Origin: an uncultured Alphaproteobacteria bacterium
GTDB taxonomy: Bacteria; Pseudomonadota; Alphaproteobacteria; Rhodobacterales; Rhodobacteraceae
Assembly (NCBI GenBank): GCA_963822985.1
Contig: CAWGJU010000018.1
Span: 48,394-112,393, forward strand
Reading direction: 5' to 3'
Length of the DNA stretch: 64,000 bases
The notes under the pieces were generated by a model. The model saw only the letters and a list, made by a program, of their open reading frames with translations, ran no database searches and was not told the origin of the DNA. How positions within the stretch are numbered: the stretch's first letter is position 1; every line of letters starts with the position of its first letter. Positions 19,448 through 28,717 of the stretch are shown here, piece after piece. Made by a program: the position numbers and the translations under genes.

Positions 19448-19942
19448 TCAAGCCTCGATGCGGGGCGGGGTCGCCCACATGCCGTATCCGAGGGGCTTGG
19501 CGCCGGACGGATTGGCGCCGATGGCGGGCCAGAGCAAGGCCCTCGGTGTAGGAGTCGGGCGAGACGACGAAGTCCCGGTCCCCTTCGCCGGTCCCGTAGG
19601 CCTCGCGCCAGTCGCGCGGCATGCCGTACCAGGTGCCGATGTACCAAAGCTTGATGACGTTGCGCGCGACCGGCCCGAGCCGGTCGTCGCTGAGGATCTC
19701 GCGGCGCAGGCCGCGGTCGATCGCGCCCTCCTCGCCATCCGCCTCGCCGGCGACCCGGCGGTAGGCGGCGAGCAGGTCGGCGATGGTCCTCTCCCCGACG
19801 ATCCGCAGGGCGGTCGAGGTAGAGGCTCGCTCTGGCCGGTGCCGCGCAGGCGGAACTCGGAAAACCCGGTCAGCGCCGCGGACAGGGCGAGAAAGTCGGT
19901 CAAGGCGCTGTCGGACTGCGATGTCGGCTCTCCATCATGCAC
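19448..19942 (-). pseudogene. Small (gamma) subunit of FAD-dependent sugar dehydrogenase (sorbitol dehydrogenase small-subunit family), frameshifted
   Basis: FLALSAALTGF...GPVARNVIKLWYIGTWY...SPDSYTEG(L)LWPAIGANPSGAKPLGYGMWATPP. No twin-arginine leader seen. Confidence 0.75.
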
Positions 19943-21013
19943 GGCATCTCGAAGGTCGGGGCGGCGTGCTCGCCCGCCCAGGCCTCGATCGGCTGGCGCA
20001 TCAGGCGGCAGCACAGCTCCTTGATGTGGAACATGCCGCCGACCGCCTCGATGCAGCAGGTTCGGGCGCGCCGCCGAAGGCGCGCGTCAGCAGGTCGAGG
20101 AACTGCTCGTAGCGTCGCGGTTGAAGGCCTCGGCGCCCGCGGCCGCAGCTCGGAGCCCTCGGGATAGTCGGCGAGCCGCGCGTTCGTCCTGACGGGATAG
20201 ACCGCGTCCCAGTCGACCTCGACCGGCCCGCCGCTGGGCTGCCCGCGCGCGTCGCCTTGCCGGTAGTAGCGGCCGCGCAGCAGCTGCTGAAACCGGTAGT
20301 AGTGCGCGATCTCGTCCTCGTCGATCGAAGATCGCGTCGCTCGACCCCTCGCCCTGCTCCGAGATCAGCTCGATCGCCGGCCTTGGCCGAGGCCAGATCG
20401 GTGACGGGGACGACCTCGCCGCCGCCGGAATAGTAGTAGTCCGGCGTGATCTGCCGGGCGCGGGTCGCCGCAGAAAAGCGCGTCGCCATGCTCGCGCGTG
20501 CAGACGCGTCGAGGCCCTGCTCGATGGCCTTGTAGAATTCGCCGATGCTGTAGAAGTGCTCCTCGGAGTCGTCGTGGACGCGCGCGGCGCGCGAGCGACC
20601 GCCGTCCGCGGCGCGCTCGCGCGTGACGGTCGTCCGCCCTCGCCGGCGGCGCTCGGCCGGGCGCTCGATCTTGAGGAAGCGTCTCGATCGCCGCCTTCGA
20701 GAAGGGCTGGCAGATCGACCTGGAAGTCGGTCTCGCCGTCCGGCAGGATAGGCCGGGTAGCGCGGCACGAAGCCCGGACCGCGTCAGGTCCGGTGCGCCG
20801 CCGACGGCGTTGAGGATGTTCGCCGCCAGCGTCAGGTGCAGCATCTCCTCGACCGCGACCGCCCGGATGACGTGGAAGGCGTCCGAGTTCGTCCCCGGCC
20901 GGATCGAGTACAGCGCCGTCAGATAGGGCGGGATCGTCGCGTGTTCGAGCTGCATCGCCGCGTGCAGGTGCTCGCTGCAGCTCGTCGATGTCGCTGATGT
21001 GGTGCAGGCTCAT
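19940..21013 (-). pseudogene. Ferritin-like (VioB-type) di-iron domain protein, multiple frameshifts
   Basis: MQLEHATIPPYLTALYSI...VAVEEMLHLTLAANILNAVGG; SIGEFYKAI; ISEQGEG; SHYYRF. 3' end approximate. Confidence 0.8.
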
Positions 21014-22925
21014 GCCGTCGCTCCCTCGGCGTCTGCCCGGATCGGGGCCGCGGCCCGTCTGATGTCTTTGGCGATGTGCTCGGCGCTGCGGAAGCAGAGC
21101 GCGGCGAGCGTCAGCGTCGTGTTCGCCGTGCCGACGCTCGGCATGCTGCCGGCGCCGACGAGGTAGAGGTTGTCGTGGTCCCAGGAGCGCTGCCGGTGCG
21201 TCGACGACCGAGTCGTGCGCGCTCGCGCCCATCAGGTGGGTGCCCGGCCCAGTGATTGCCGCCGCGCAGGACGTAGGCCTCGCCCTCGTAGTTGACATAG
21301 CCGTAGGCGGCACGGGTCGTAGGCCGTGTGGTCCTCGGCGCCGAGCCGCTGGAAGATGCGCCGCGAGAGGCGCCGGCGCGAAGGCGGCACGCCTCGAGCG
21401 TGTATTGCGAGACGCCGAAGGAGATGACCGGGCGCGGGTTGCCGAGCTGGTCGGTGAACTGCGGATCGACGCGTGACGCGGTTGCTCTCCTCGGGCAGGA
21501 CCTCGATCATGCAGTCGAGCAGCACCTGGCGCGAGACCCGGTCGACCAGCCCCTCGCGCAGCGCGCGGCCGAAGCGGTTCTCCATGTCGACCAGGCGATC
21601 GAGATCGGTATAGGGTGCCGCCGGTCGCCCAGCCCCAGCCGTCATTGTGGATGCTGAAGCGGAAGGCCGCCTGCGGCGCGCGGAACGGTCCCGTGCGCAG
21701 GTCCTCGATGCCCGAGGTGCAGAGCGGCCCGCGATCGGCGCCGGCCATCTCCGGCATCAGCGCCCAGGTCAGCAGGTAGGCATGGTCCATCAGGTTGCGG
21801 CCGACCAGTCCGCTCGAGCCGTGCAGGTCGAGGCGAGCATCAGGCGGGCGTTCTCGACGGCGTTGGCGGCGAGCACGAAGATCTTCGCCCGCACGCGTGC
21901 CGGTGGTGTGCTCGGGTGAACCTGGCGTCGGCGTAGCTCTGGAACTCGATGCCGGTGACCCGGCCGGTCGACGGGTCGATCAGAACCTGCGAGGCGACGG
22001 TCTGCGGCAGCAGGTGGACGCGCCCGGTCTCGAGCGCGGCGACCAGCGTGCGGCGGGCGTCGTACTTGGCCTGGACCGGGCAGATCGGCACGCAGTTCGT
22101 GTTGCCCTGGCAGCGCTCGCCCATCTCGGCCTGGTGGATGCTGACGGCGCCCACCGGCTTGTAGCCCCTGCCGCCGTCGTAGTCCGGGTTCGGGATGCCG
22201 TTGCGCGCCTGCGGCGTGCTGCGGACGCTGCAGCGCATAGGTGTCGCCGTCGAGCGCCGACCTCGAATGCCGTCCAGGTCCCGCGCGATCAGCCTTGTCG
22301 AGGTAGGAGGGCGGCATGCCGCGCATCGGGAAGACATAGTCCGTCGCCGAAAGTCGAGCCCGCCATAGTCCTGGTCCTCGACATCGCCCGAGACGCCCAG
22401 CTCGCGTTCGGCGCCTGGCGGTAGTACGGGCCGAGCTCGTCATAGCCGAGCGGCCAGTCGCGCCCGCGGCCGAAGCGGCGTGCGCAGCGCGAAGTCGTCC
22501 GGCAGCATGCGCAGCGCCTTGGCCTCCCAGTGCCGGGTCGTGCCGCCGAGCACGCGGGCATAGGTGCTGTCGATCTCGAACGGGCCGTTCTGGACGAAAT
22601 AGCCGGCCGTCGTTCGGCGTGCCCGGGCGGAGCTTCTGCGTCTCGTAGCTCGCGCGGCATGGGCGCGTTCGCGGTTCTCGGCATAGGCGGCGTTGTTGTC
22701 CTTGGAGACGGCCGCGTAGAAGCGCTGCACGCTTTCCTCGTAATCGCCGATCGTGATGTCCTTGCCGGACCCCGCCTCCATGACCAGGACGCGCGCGCCG
22801 CCGGCGCTCAGCTGCTTGGCGATGATCGCGCCGCTGACGCCGGAGCCGACGATGACGACGTCGTAGTCGGTCTCTCCGGCACGCTCGGGACTGACCTCGA
22901 AGGTCGGGTTCGCGCGGGCGCTCAT
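21010..22925 (-). pseudogene. GMC-family FAD dehydrogenase large subunit with Cys-rich Fe-S motif, many frameshifts
   Basis: DVVIVGSGVSG (FAD), VLGGTTRHW, RCQGNTNCVPICPVQAKY, VGRNLMDH, GTHLMG, WDHDNLYLVGAGSMPSVGTANTTLTLAAL. Confidence 0.88.
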
Positions 22926-23136
22926 CGGCAACCCCGCGGCGCGACGGTGCGCGCCTCCCTGTGCGCCGCGACGTTCGTTCCGGCCCTCGCCGCGACGGCG
23001 GAGCGGATTGGTGAGGAGTTCATGGCGATCTCCATTTCTCTGCCTCGGGATCGGCTGGCCCGACCCGATGATGAATCGGGAAGCGTCACCCCCGGATCTC
23101 CAGGGGCATTGGCGGCGGCCTCGTTCTGCGTGGTGC

Positions 23137-24060
23137 TCAAACCGGATCCGGATCTGCGGACGCCGAGAGCGGCGCGATCACGAAGCGCCAGGACCGGCTC
23201 TGCCCGGGCCCGACATGCGCGATCCCCGGCTTTCCCGACAGCGGACCGGTGAAGTCGACCTGCGCCGGGTAGCCGTGCCATGGCTCGAGCGCGAGGAACG
23301 CCGCACCGGGCTGCATCCAGAGCCCCAGGTTCGGGCTGTCGGGGAAATCGAGGCGGAGCCCTGCGCCGCCCTGGCGGGCGAAGGTGAGGCTGCGGCTCTC
23401 GAGGCAGTCGAAGACGATCGGCTGCGCGCCCTCGAAGAGCTCGTCGCGCGGCCGCAGGAGTCGTCCGTCGACCGGGCTCGGCTGCGGCTCGGGCAGCAGC
23501 ATGACCGGGTCGTCGACGCCGCGGCGGATCGGCTCCGGCTCCTCGGTCGCGAACGTGACGGTGTACGCGTCCTTGGACTGTCCGGGCTCGAGCGGCCAGT
23601 TGAAGCCCGGGTGGATGCCGACATCGCACGGCATCTCCGTCGCGCCGCGGTTCTCGACCGAAAGCGTCAGATGCAGGTCGGCGCCCACCAGCCGATAGTA
23701 CGCCTGGAAGGCGAATGCGAACGGGTAGTAGCGGCGCGTCTCGGCACTGTCCTCGAAGCGCAGCAGCACCTCGTCCGCCTCGTGGCGGTCGACGGCAAAA
23801 GCCGCGCTTCGGGCGAAGCCGTGCGGCGGCATCGGGAACTTGCGCCCCTCAACCTCGATGTGCTGATCAGGCGTCTGCGAGATCAGCGGGAACAGCACCG
23901 GCGCGTGATCCGGCCAGCGGCCGGGTGCGCCCTGCCAGATCAGCTCCGGCATGCCGGCCGGCCGGAACGAGACGAGCTCTGCCCCGGTCACCCGGACGAG
24001 CGCGCTCGCCTGTTCCGTCTCCAGCGTGACGACGTCATCGACCTGTCGCGCCCCGTCCAT
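23137..24060 (-). CDS. Aldose 1-epimerase family protein
   Basis: GAELVSF, WPDHAPVLFP, MPPHGFAR, YYPFAF, GIHPGF, FLALEPWHG; TGATG overlap with GH15. Confidence 0.88.
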   Translation of the reverse strand: MDGARQVDDVVTLETEQASALVRVTGAELVSFRPAGMPELIWQGAPGRWPDHAPVLFPLISQTPDQHIEVEGRKFPMPPHGFARSAAFAVDRHEADEVLLRFEDSAETRRYYPFAFAFQAYYRLVGADLHLTLSVENRGATEMPCDVGIHPGFNWPLEPGQSKDAYTVTFATEEPEPIRRGVDDPVMLLPEPQPSPVDGRLLRPRDELFEGAQPIVFDCLESRSLTFARQGGAGLRLDFPDSPNLGLWMQPGAAFLALEPWHGYPAQVDFTGPLSGKPGIAHVGPGQSRSWRFVIAPLSASADPDPV

Positions 24061-25880
24061 CAGAGACCGCCCGCCAGTTCGGCCGCCCGGTCGAGCGCCG
24101 CATCGAGCGAGCGCGCGGCGCCGACCAGGCCGAGATGCGTGAAGGCCTGCGGGTAGTTGCCGAGATGCTCGCCGGTCGGGCCGAGCTCCTCGGCGTAGAG
24201 GCCGAGCGTGCCGGCATAATGCAGCATCTTCTCGAAGATCAGCCGCGCCTCCTCGACCCGCCCGGCGCGGGCCAGGCAGTCGACATACCAGAAGGTGCAC
24301 ATGCTGAAGGTGCCTTCCGAGCCGGCCAGCCCGTCGGACGCCGCCTGGTCCGTCCGGTACCGGTAGACGAGGGAGTCGTCGACGAGCTCGCGCCCGACCG
24401 CGTCGAGCGTCGACAGCCATCTCGGATCGCGCGGCGCGATGAAGCCGGCGATCGGCATCAGCAGGCACGACGCGTCCAGGATCTTGCTGCCGCGGTACTG
24501 GACAAAGATCTTCCGCTCGGCGTCCCAGAAACGATGGTAGATCTCGTCGTGGATCGCGTCGCGCGTCGCGCGCCAGCGCTCGAGCGGGGCCGGCAGCGAG
24601 CGCCGCTCGGCGATACGCACCGCGCGATCGAGGCCGACCCAGTCCATGAGCCGCGAGTAGAGGAACCGGCGCTGCCCGCCGCGGACCTCCCAAACGCCCT
24701 CGTCCTCGCGGTCCCAGTTCTCGCAGACCCACCCGACCGTCTTCTGGATGTGCGTCCACAGGTCGTTGTAGATCGGCTCGACCTTGGCATCGTAGCGCTC
24801 GAGGAACAGCAGCAGCTCGCCATAAATATCGAGCTGGAGCTGCGAATAGGCGCCATTGCCGATCCTGACCGGCCGCGAGCCCTTGTAGCCGTCCAGGTGC
24901 TCGAGCGTCTGCTCGGTCAGCTTGCTCCGGCCGTCGATGCCGTACATGATCTGCAGTTGGCCGTCGCCCGACTTGCGGTACCGGTCGAGGATCCAGTTGA
25001 CGAAGCTGCGCGCCTCGTCGTGACAGCCGACGTCGACCAGGGTCGCCGCCGTCAGCGAGGCGTCCCGGATCCAGGTGAAGCGGTAGTCCCAGTTGCGCTC
25101 GCCGCCCACGCTCTCCGGCAGGCCGAAGGTCGCCGCCGCGGCCAGCGAGCCGCATGGCGCCGAGGTCATCAGCTTCATGCCGAGCACCGAGCGATTGACC
25201 GCCTGCGTCCACCGTCCGTCGTAATTGCAGCCGGCCATCCAGTCGCGCCAGAAGCGCAGCGTCCGCGTGAACGCCTGCTCGGCATAGCCCGGGCCCTCGA
25301 CGACGCTGGTGTGGTCCTCCTGCGCGACCTCGAGCACGAAATCGGCCTCCTCGCCGGCTTCCAGGGTGAAGTGCGCGCGCACGTCGCGATGCGCGGCGAC
25401 GACGGGCACCGGCGCGTGCAGCCGCAGCGGGCGGTTGTGCGCGTGCCGCGGCCGGAACAGCGCCTGGTTGCCGTCAATCTCCAGGCTGTGCTCGCCGCGC
25501 GCATAGTCGAACCGCGGCGCGCACAGCATTTCGAACGAGACCCGGCCGCGGATGGTCTTGACCCGCCGCACCAGCCTGTGGGCGTGCTGCTCCTCGGGCG
25601 TCGGCATGAAGTCGACGATCTCGGCGACGCCGTCCTTGCCGAGGAACCGCGTCATCAGGATGTTGGTGTCGGGAATATAGAACCGCCGGGTCCACTGGTT
25701 CTCCATGATCGCCGAGATCCGGAAACGGCCCCCTTCCTCGTCGTCGAGCAGCGCCGCGAAGACCGTCGGCGAATCGAAATGCGGCATGCACATGAAGTCA
25801 ATGCTGGCATCTTCGGAGACGAGCGCCAGCGTGTGCATGTCTCCGATCAGTCCATAACTCTCGATTGGCTGATATGCCAT
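24060..25880 (-). CDS. Glycoside hydrolase family 15 (trehalase/glucoamylase-like)
   Basis: YGLIGDMHT, PHFDSPTVF, NWDYRFTWIRDAS, QLDIYGE, GVWEVRG, LGLYAEE, GNYPQAFTHLGL. Confidence 0.92.
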   Translation of the reverse strand: MAYQPIESYGLIGDMHTLALVSEDASIDFMCMPHFDSPTVFAALLDDEEGGRFRISAIMENQWTRRFYIPDTNILMTRFLGKDGVAEIVDFMPTPEEQHAHRLVRRVKTIRGRVSFEMLCAPRFDYARGEHSLEIDGNQALFRPRHAHNRPLRLHAPVPVVAAHRDVRAHFTLEAGEEADFVLEVAQEDHTSVVEGPGYAEQAFTRTLRFWRDWMAGCNYDGRWTQAVNRSVLGMKLMTSAPCGSLAAAATFGLPESVGGERNWDYRFTWIRDASLTAATLVDVGCHDEARSFVNWILDRYRKSGDGQLQIMYGIDGRSKLTEQTLEHLDGYKGSRPVRIGNGAYSQLQLDIYGELLLFLERYDAKVEPIYNDLWTHIQKTVGWVCENWDREDEGVWEVRGGQRRFLYSRLMDWVGLDRAVRIAERRSLPAPLERWRATRDAIHDEIYHRFWDAERKIFVQYRGSKILDASCLLMPIAGFIAPRDPRWLSTLDAVGRELVDDSLVYRYRTDQAASDGLAGSEGTFSMCTFWYVDCLARAGRVEEARLIFEKMLHYAGTLGLYAEELGPTGEHLGNYPQAFTHLGLVGAARSLDAALDRAAELAGGL

Positions 25881-26533
25881 CTGCCCTCCTCGGCGGTCGA
25901 CTGGCGGCCGCCGATGCTATCCAGAAATCTATTGTGCGCCGTGTGGTAGACGGCATAACCTAAAGGCTTCATTACCCAGGCGGCGGTGCCGATCAGCGGA
26001 TGGTGCAGTTCGGCGACCACGGCGACGAAGATCGCAGCGAGCGGAAAGCTGATGGCGTGATAGGCGGCGCGGCGACGCAGGAACCGCGCCTCGTATGTCG
26101 CGTGCAGCTCGGAATGCTGCGACAGATACCAGGCGTTCAGCGCCATCAGCATGCCGTTGAGCAGCATGATCACCGAGAAGATGGCCGCCGAAAGCAAATC
26201 CTCAGGATAGTCGCCGACCAGATTGGCGCCGAGCGGAATCAGGGTGACGCCGCCGAGCTGCAGCATGTTAATGACGATGAAGCCGCTGTCGGTTCTGCCG
26301 CTGTGCGCGAACAGGTAATGCTGGTCGTACCAGACAAGCCCGATGACGACGAAGCTGATCATCCACGCCGTCAGCTCGGGGGCCTGGTTCCTCAGCTGCG
26401 CCCAGAGCACGGCATCGTTCGCGGCGTCACCGGGAACCTTGAGATCCAGCACGAGAAGCGTGATCGCGATCGCGACGACGCCATCCGAAAGCGCTCCGAT
26501 GCGTTCGATCCCGAAGGAGCGGATGCTCGCCAT
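25847..26533 (-). CDS. TMEM175-family potassium channel
   Basis: ERIGALSDGVVAIAITLLVLDL (RxxxFSD-like), YDQHYLF; about 6 hydrophobic segments. Confidence 0.85.
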   Translation of the reverse strand: MASIRSFGIERIGALSDGVVAIAITLLVLDLKVPGDAANDAVLWAQLRNQAPELTAWMISFVVIGLVWYDQHYLFAHSGRTDSGFIVINMLQLGGVTLIPLGANLVGDYPEDLLSAAIFSVIMLLNGMLMALNAWYLSQHSELHATYEARFLRRRAAYHAISFPLAAIFVAVVAELHHPLIGTAAWVMKPLGYAVYHTAHNRFLDSIGGRQSTAEEGRWHISQSRVMD

Positions 26534-26736
26534 TCAGGGCTTTTCCTTCCGGCCCGCTCTTGCGTGCGTTCGACCCGATCCAGGCGCCCGGCCGCTGTGC
26601 GAGGCCAAGGTCGGCACCCGGTTGATGAGCGTGCAACCCTCATCCCTATCGCATCCTCGGCCGCAGGACTTGCCGAAGGGTTAAATGGCCGGAGCGTCGT
26701 CCGGCATGACGGCCGGGCCGGTCGTTGGCCTTCCGG

Positions 26737-27198
26737 TCAACCGGCGCATCTGGCGACGAGGGCTGCCTCTGCGAGCAGGCCGGCCCGCATCATCATCATA
26801 GCAATCAGCCCCTGGCAGGTCGGCGAGCGGTCGAAGGAGGGCATCGCGGAGAGGGCGAAGAGCCGGAAACGGTAATGATGAACGCCAGACCCCGGCGGCG
26901 GGCATGGCGGAAACAGCCCCACGGCGCCGAAATCGTGCAGGACCGGCCGAGCCGGGTCGGCCAGGTCGCCGGTTCCCTCCGGCAGTTCGCGCGTCTCTGC
27001 CGGGATGGCATAGGCGCCGAAGTGCCTGAATGCCCCGCCCGGCGCATCGGGGTCTTCCAGAATCAGGGCGAATCCCACCGTCCCATCCGGCACGCCAGAC
27101 CATGCGAGCGGCGGCAGAAGGCCGGCACCCCGGCAGGTGTACTTGTCGGGAAGCTCGGAGTTCGCGGCGAAGGCCGGCGAGGCCAGCGTCAGCGGCAT
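26737..27198 (-). CDS. YbhB/YbcL (PEBP/Raf kinase inhibitor-like) protein
   Basis: MPLTLASPAF...YTCRG...PPLAWSGVP...ILEDPDAPGG...PCPPPGSGVHHYRFRLFAL; AAGGAG RBS. Confidence 0.85.
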   Translation of the reverse strand: MPLTLASPAFAANSELPDKYTCRGAGLLPPLAWSGVPDGTVGFALILEDPDAPGGAFRHFGAYAIPAETRELPEGTGDLADPARPVLHDFGAVGLFPPCPPPGSGVHHYRFRLFALSAMPSFDRSPTCQGLIAMMMMRAGLLAEAALVARCAG

Positions 27199-27369
27199 GG
27201 ATATCTCCTTGGAAATCGAAACTGCCATCCGTTTCGCCGCGGCATCGGGTCGGCTGGTCGCGGCAGATTTCTGTTCGCGCGGTCACTGGACGGTCATGGC
27301 GGCCGTCGGCGGCAAAGTCTCCTCTATTTAATTCGAGGTGATGAATGGTTGAGACTTCACAAAGGCCAA

Positions 27370-27385
27370 TCAGAATCAATTCTGA
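27370..27385. promoter_or_regulatory. Palindromic operator candidate in the AT-rich divergent promoter
   Basis: TCAGAAT-CA-ATTCTGA perfect 7-bp inverted repeat. Confidence 0.4.
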
Positions 27386-27496
27386 ACCGTGAATGCATAT
27401 AGCCGGAAGGAAATTTTAAGGATTGGGCGGTGAGGTGCCGATCGGTTCAATTTGCTGCAACGTGCAGCCATTCCAGTCGGCGGCGAGGAACTCCGA

Positions 27497-28717
27497 ATGA
27501 AGGTTAAATTCGCGCAACCCAGGTTCGAGCAGGCTCTGGTCGAGGGCGGCCTCAAGGACGGCTACTGGCTCGACAGCGTCGACCTGAACGGCGACGGGCG
27601 GCCGGATCTCGTGGCCTCCGGCCTGGCTGTCGGCGAGATCGTCTGGTACGAGAATCCCGGCTGGAAGAAGCACGTTATCGGCCAGCTCTCGAAGCCGGTG
27701 GCGATGGATCACATCGACATCGACGGGGACGGGCGCCAGGATCTCGTTATCTGCCACGACTATGGCGAGTGCATGTATCACTGCCAGCCCGAGGACGGTA
27801 AGATCTCGTGGCTGCGCAATCCCGGCAACGGCGCCCACGGCCCTTGGGAGCAGCGCTTCGTCGCCGACCTGATGGCGACGCACCGGTTGCGCTTCGGCTA
27901 TTTCACCCAGCGCGAGAAGCCCGAGCTGATGGGGCTCCCGGTGGTTGGGCCCGAAGGCGGCATGGCCGGCGTCCACGAACCGGTGCAGGTCATGCTCTAC
28001 CGCCGCCCCGACGACGTGGCGAGCGCCGAGAAATGGGAAGGCGAGCTGATCGACGGCCAGAACTTCCGGATCATCCACGACGTCGTGGTCGGCAAATGGG
28101 GCGGCCCGGACGCCCTCAACTCGGTCATGCTGGCGACCGAGGAAGGCGTCTGCTGGTTCCGCTACGAGAACGGTACCTGGAAGACATCCGTGCTCGGCAC
28201 TGGCGAGCTGACCGAGTACACGAAGACGCATTTCAAGGGCACCGGCAATCTCGCCTTCGGCAAGGTCGATGGCGATCCCCATGCCTATATCGCGACCGTC
28301 GAGCCCTTTCACGGCAACGTGGTGGCAGTCTACACAAAGGAAGGTGGCGGCCGCCTTGACGACGCGCGCTGGCGCCGCACGGTGCTCGATGTTTACGGCG
28401 ACCCGAACGCCTCCGATGAGGGTCCCGGCCATCACGTGATGGCGGCGGATTTCGACGGCGACGGCGACGACGAGTTTCTCGTCGCGCTGCGCGGACCGTG
28501 GCCCTGGCAGGGTGTCTTCTATTACAAGTGTATCGACGTCGAGAACGCTGTCTTCACCAAGACCCGCATCTCTTCGGCATCGGCGGCGCGTATCGCCCTC
28601 GGGGACTTCGACGGGGACGGCCGCATCGACTTTGCGACCACGGGTTACTACACGCCAGGATACTTCCTCTGCGATGATCCAAGCGTATTGGTTTTCTATA
28701 ATAGGATCGAGCATTGA
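27497..28717 (+). CDS. FG-GAP beta-propeller protein homologous to the dehydratase domain of aldos-2-ulose dehydratase (AUDH)
   Basis: DGYW, PVAMDHIDIDGDG, ISWLRNPG, ATHRLRFGYFT, IIHDVV, EPFHGNVVAVYTK, GHHVMAADFDGDGDDEFLVA, FTKTRISSASAARIA, DFATTGYYTPGYF. These match, in order, motifs I recall from fungal AUDH. No signal peptide. Confidence 0.75.
   Translation: MKVKFAQPRFEQALVEGGLKDGYWLDSVDLNGDGRPDLVASGLAVGEIVWYENPGWKKHVIGQLSKPVAMDHIDIDGDGRQDLVICHDYGECMYHCQPEDGKISWLRNPGNGAHGPWEQRFVADLMATHRLRFGYFTQREKPELMGLPVVGPEGGMAGVHEPVQVMLYRRPDDVASAEKWEGELIDGQNFRIIHDVVVGKWGGPDALNSVMLATEEGVCWFRYENGTWKTSVLGTGELTEYTKTHFKGTGNLAFGKVDGDPHAYIATVEPFHGNVVAVYTKEGGGRLDDARWRRTVLDVYGDPNASDEGPGHHVMAADFDGDGDDEFLVALRGPWPWQGVFYYKCIDVENAVFTKTRISSASAARIALGDFDGDGRIDFATTGYYTPGYFLCDDPSVLVFYNRIEH

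Noticed and set aside
23137-25949. 691-aa ORF 23137-25212 as one gene, and the plus-strand ORF 24135-25949
   Set aside because: The epimerase starts at 24060, coupled to the GH15 stop; the extension and the plus ORF are alternate-frame or antisense shadows of GH15.
27370-27385. Irr ICE box at the sugar-cluster promoter
   Set aside because: Spacing is AGAA-N4-TTCT, not N3; kept only as an unassigned palindrome.
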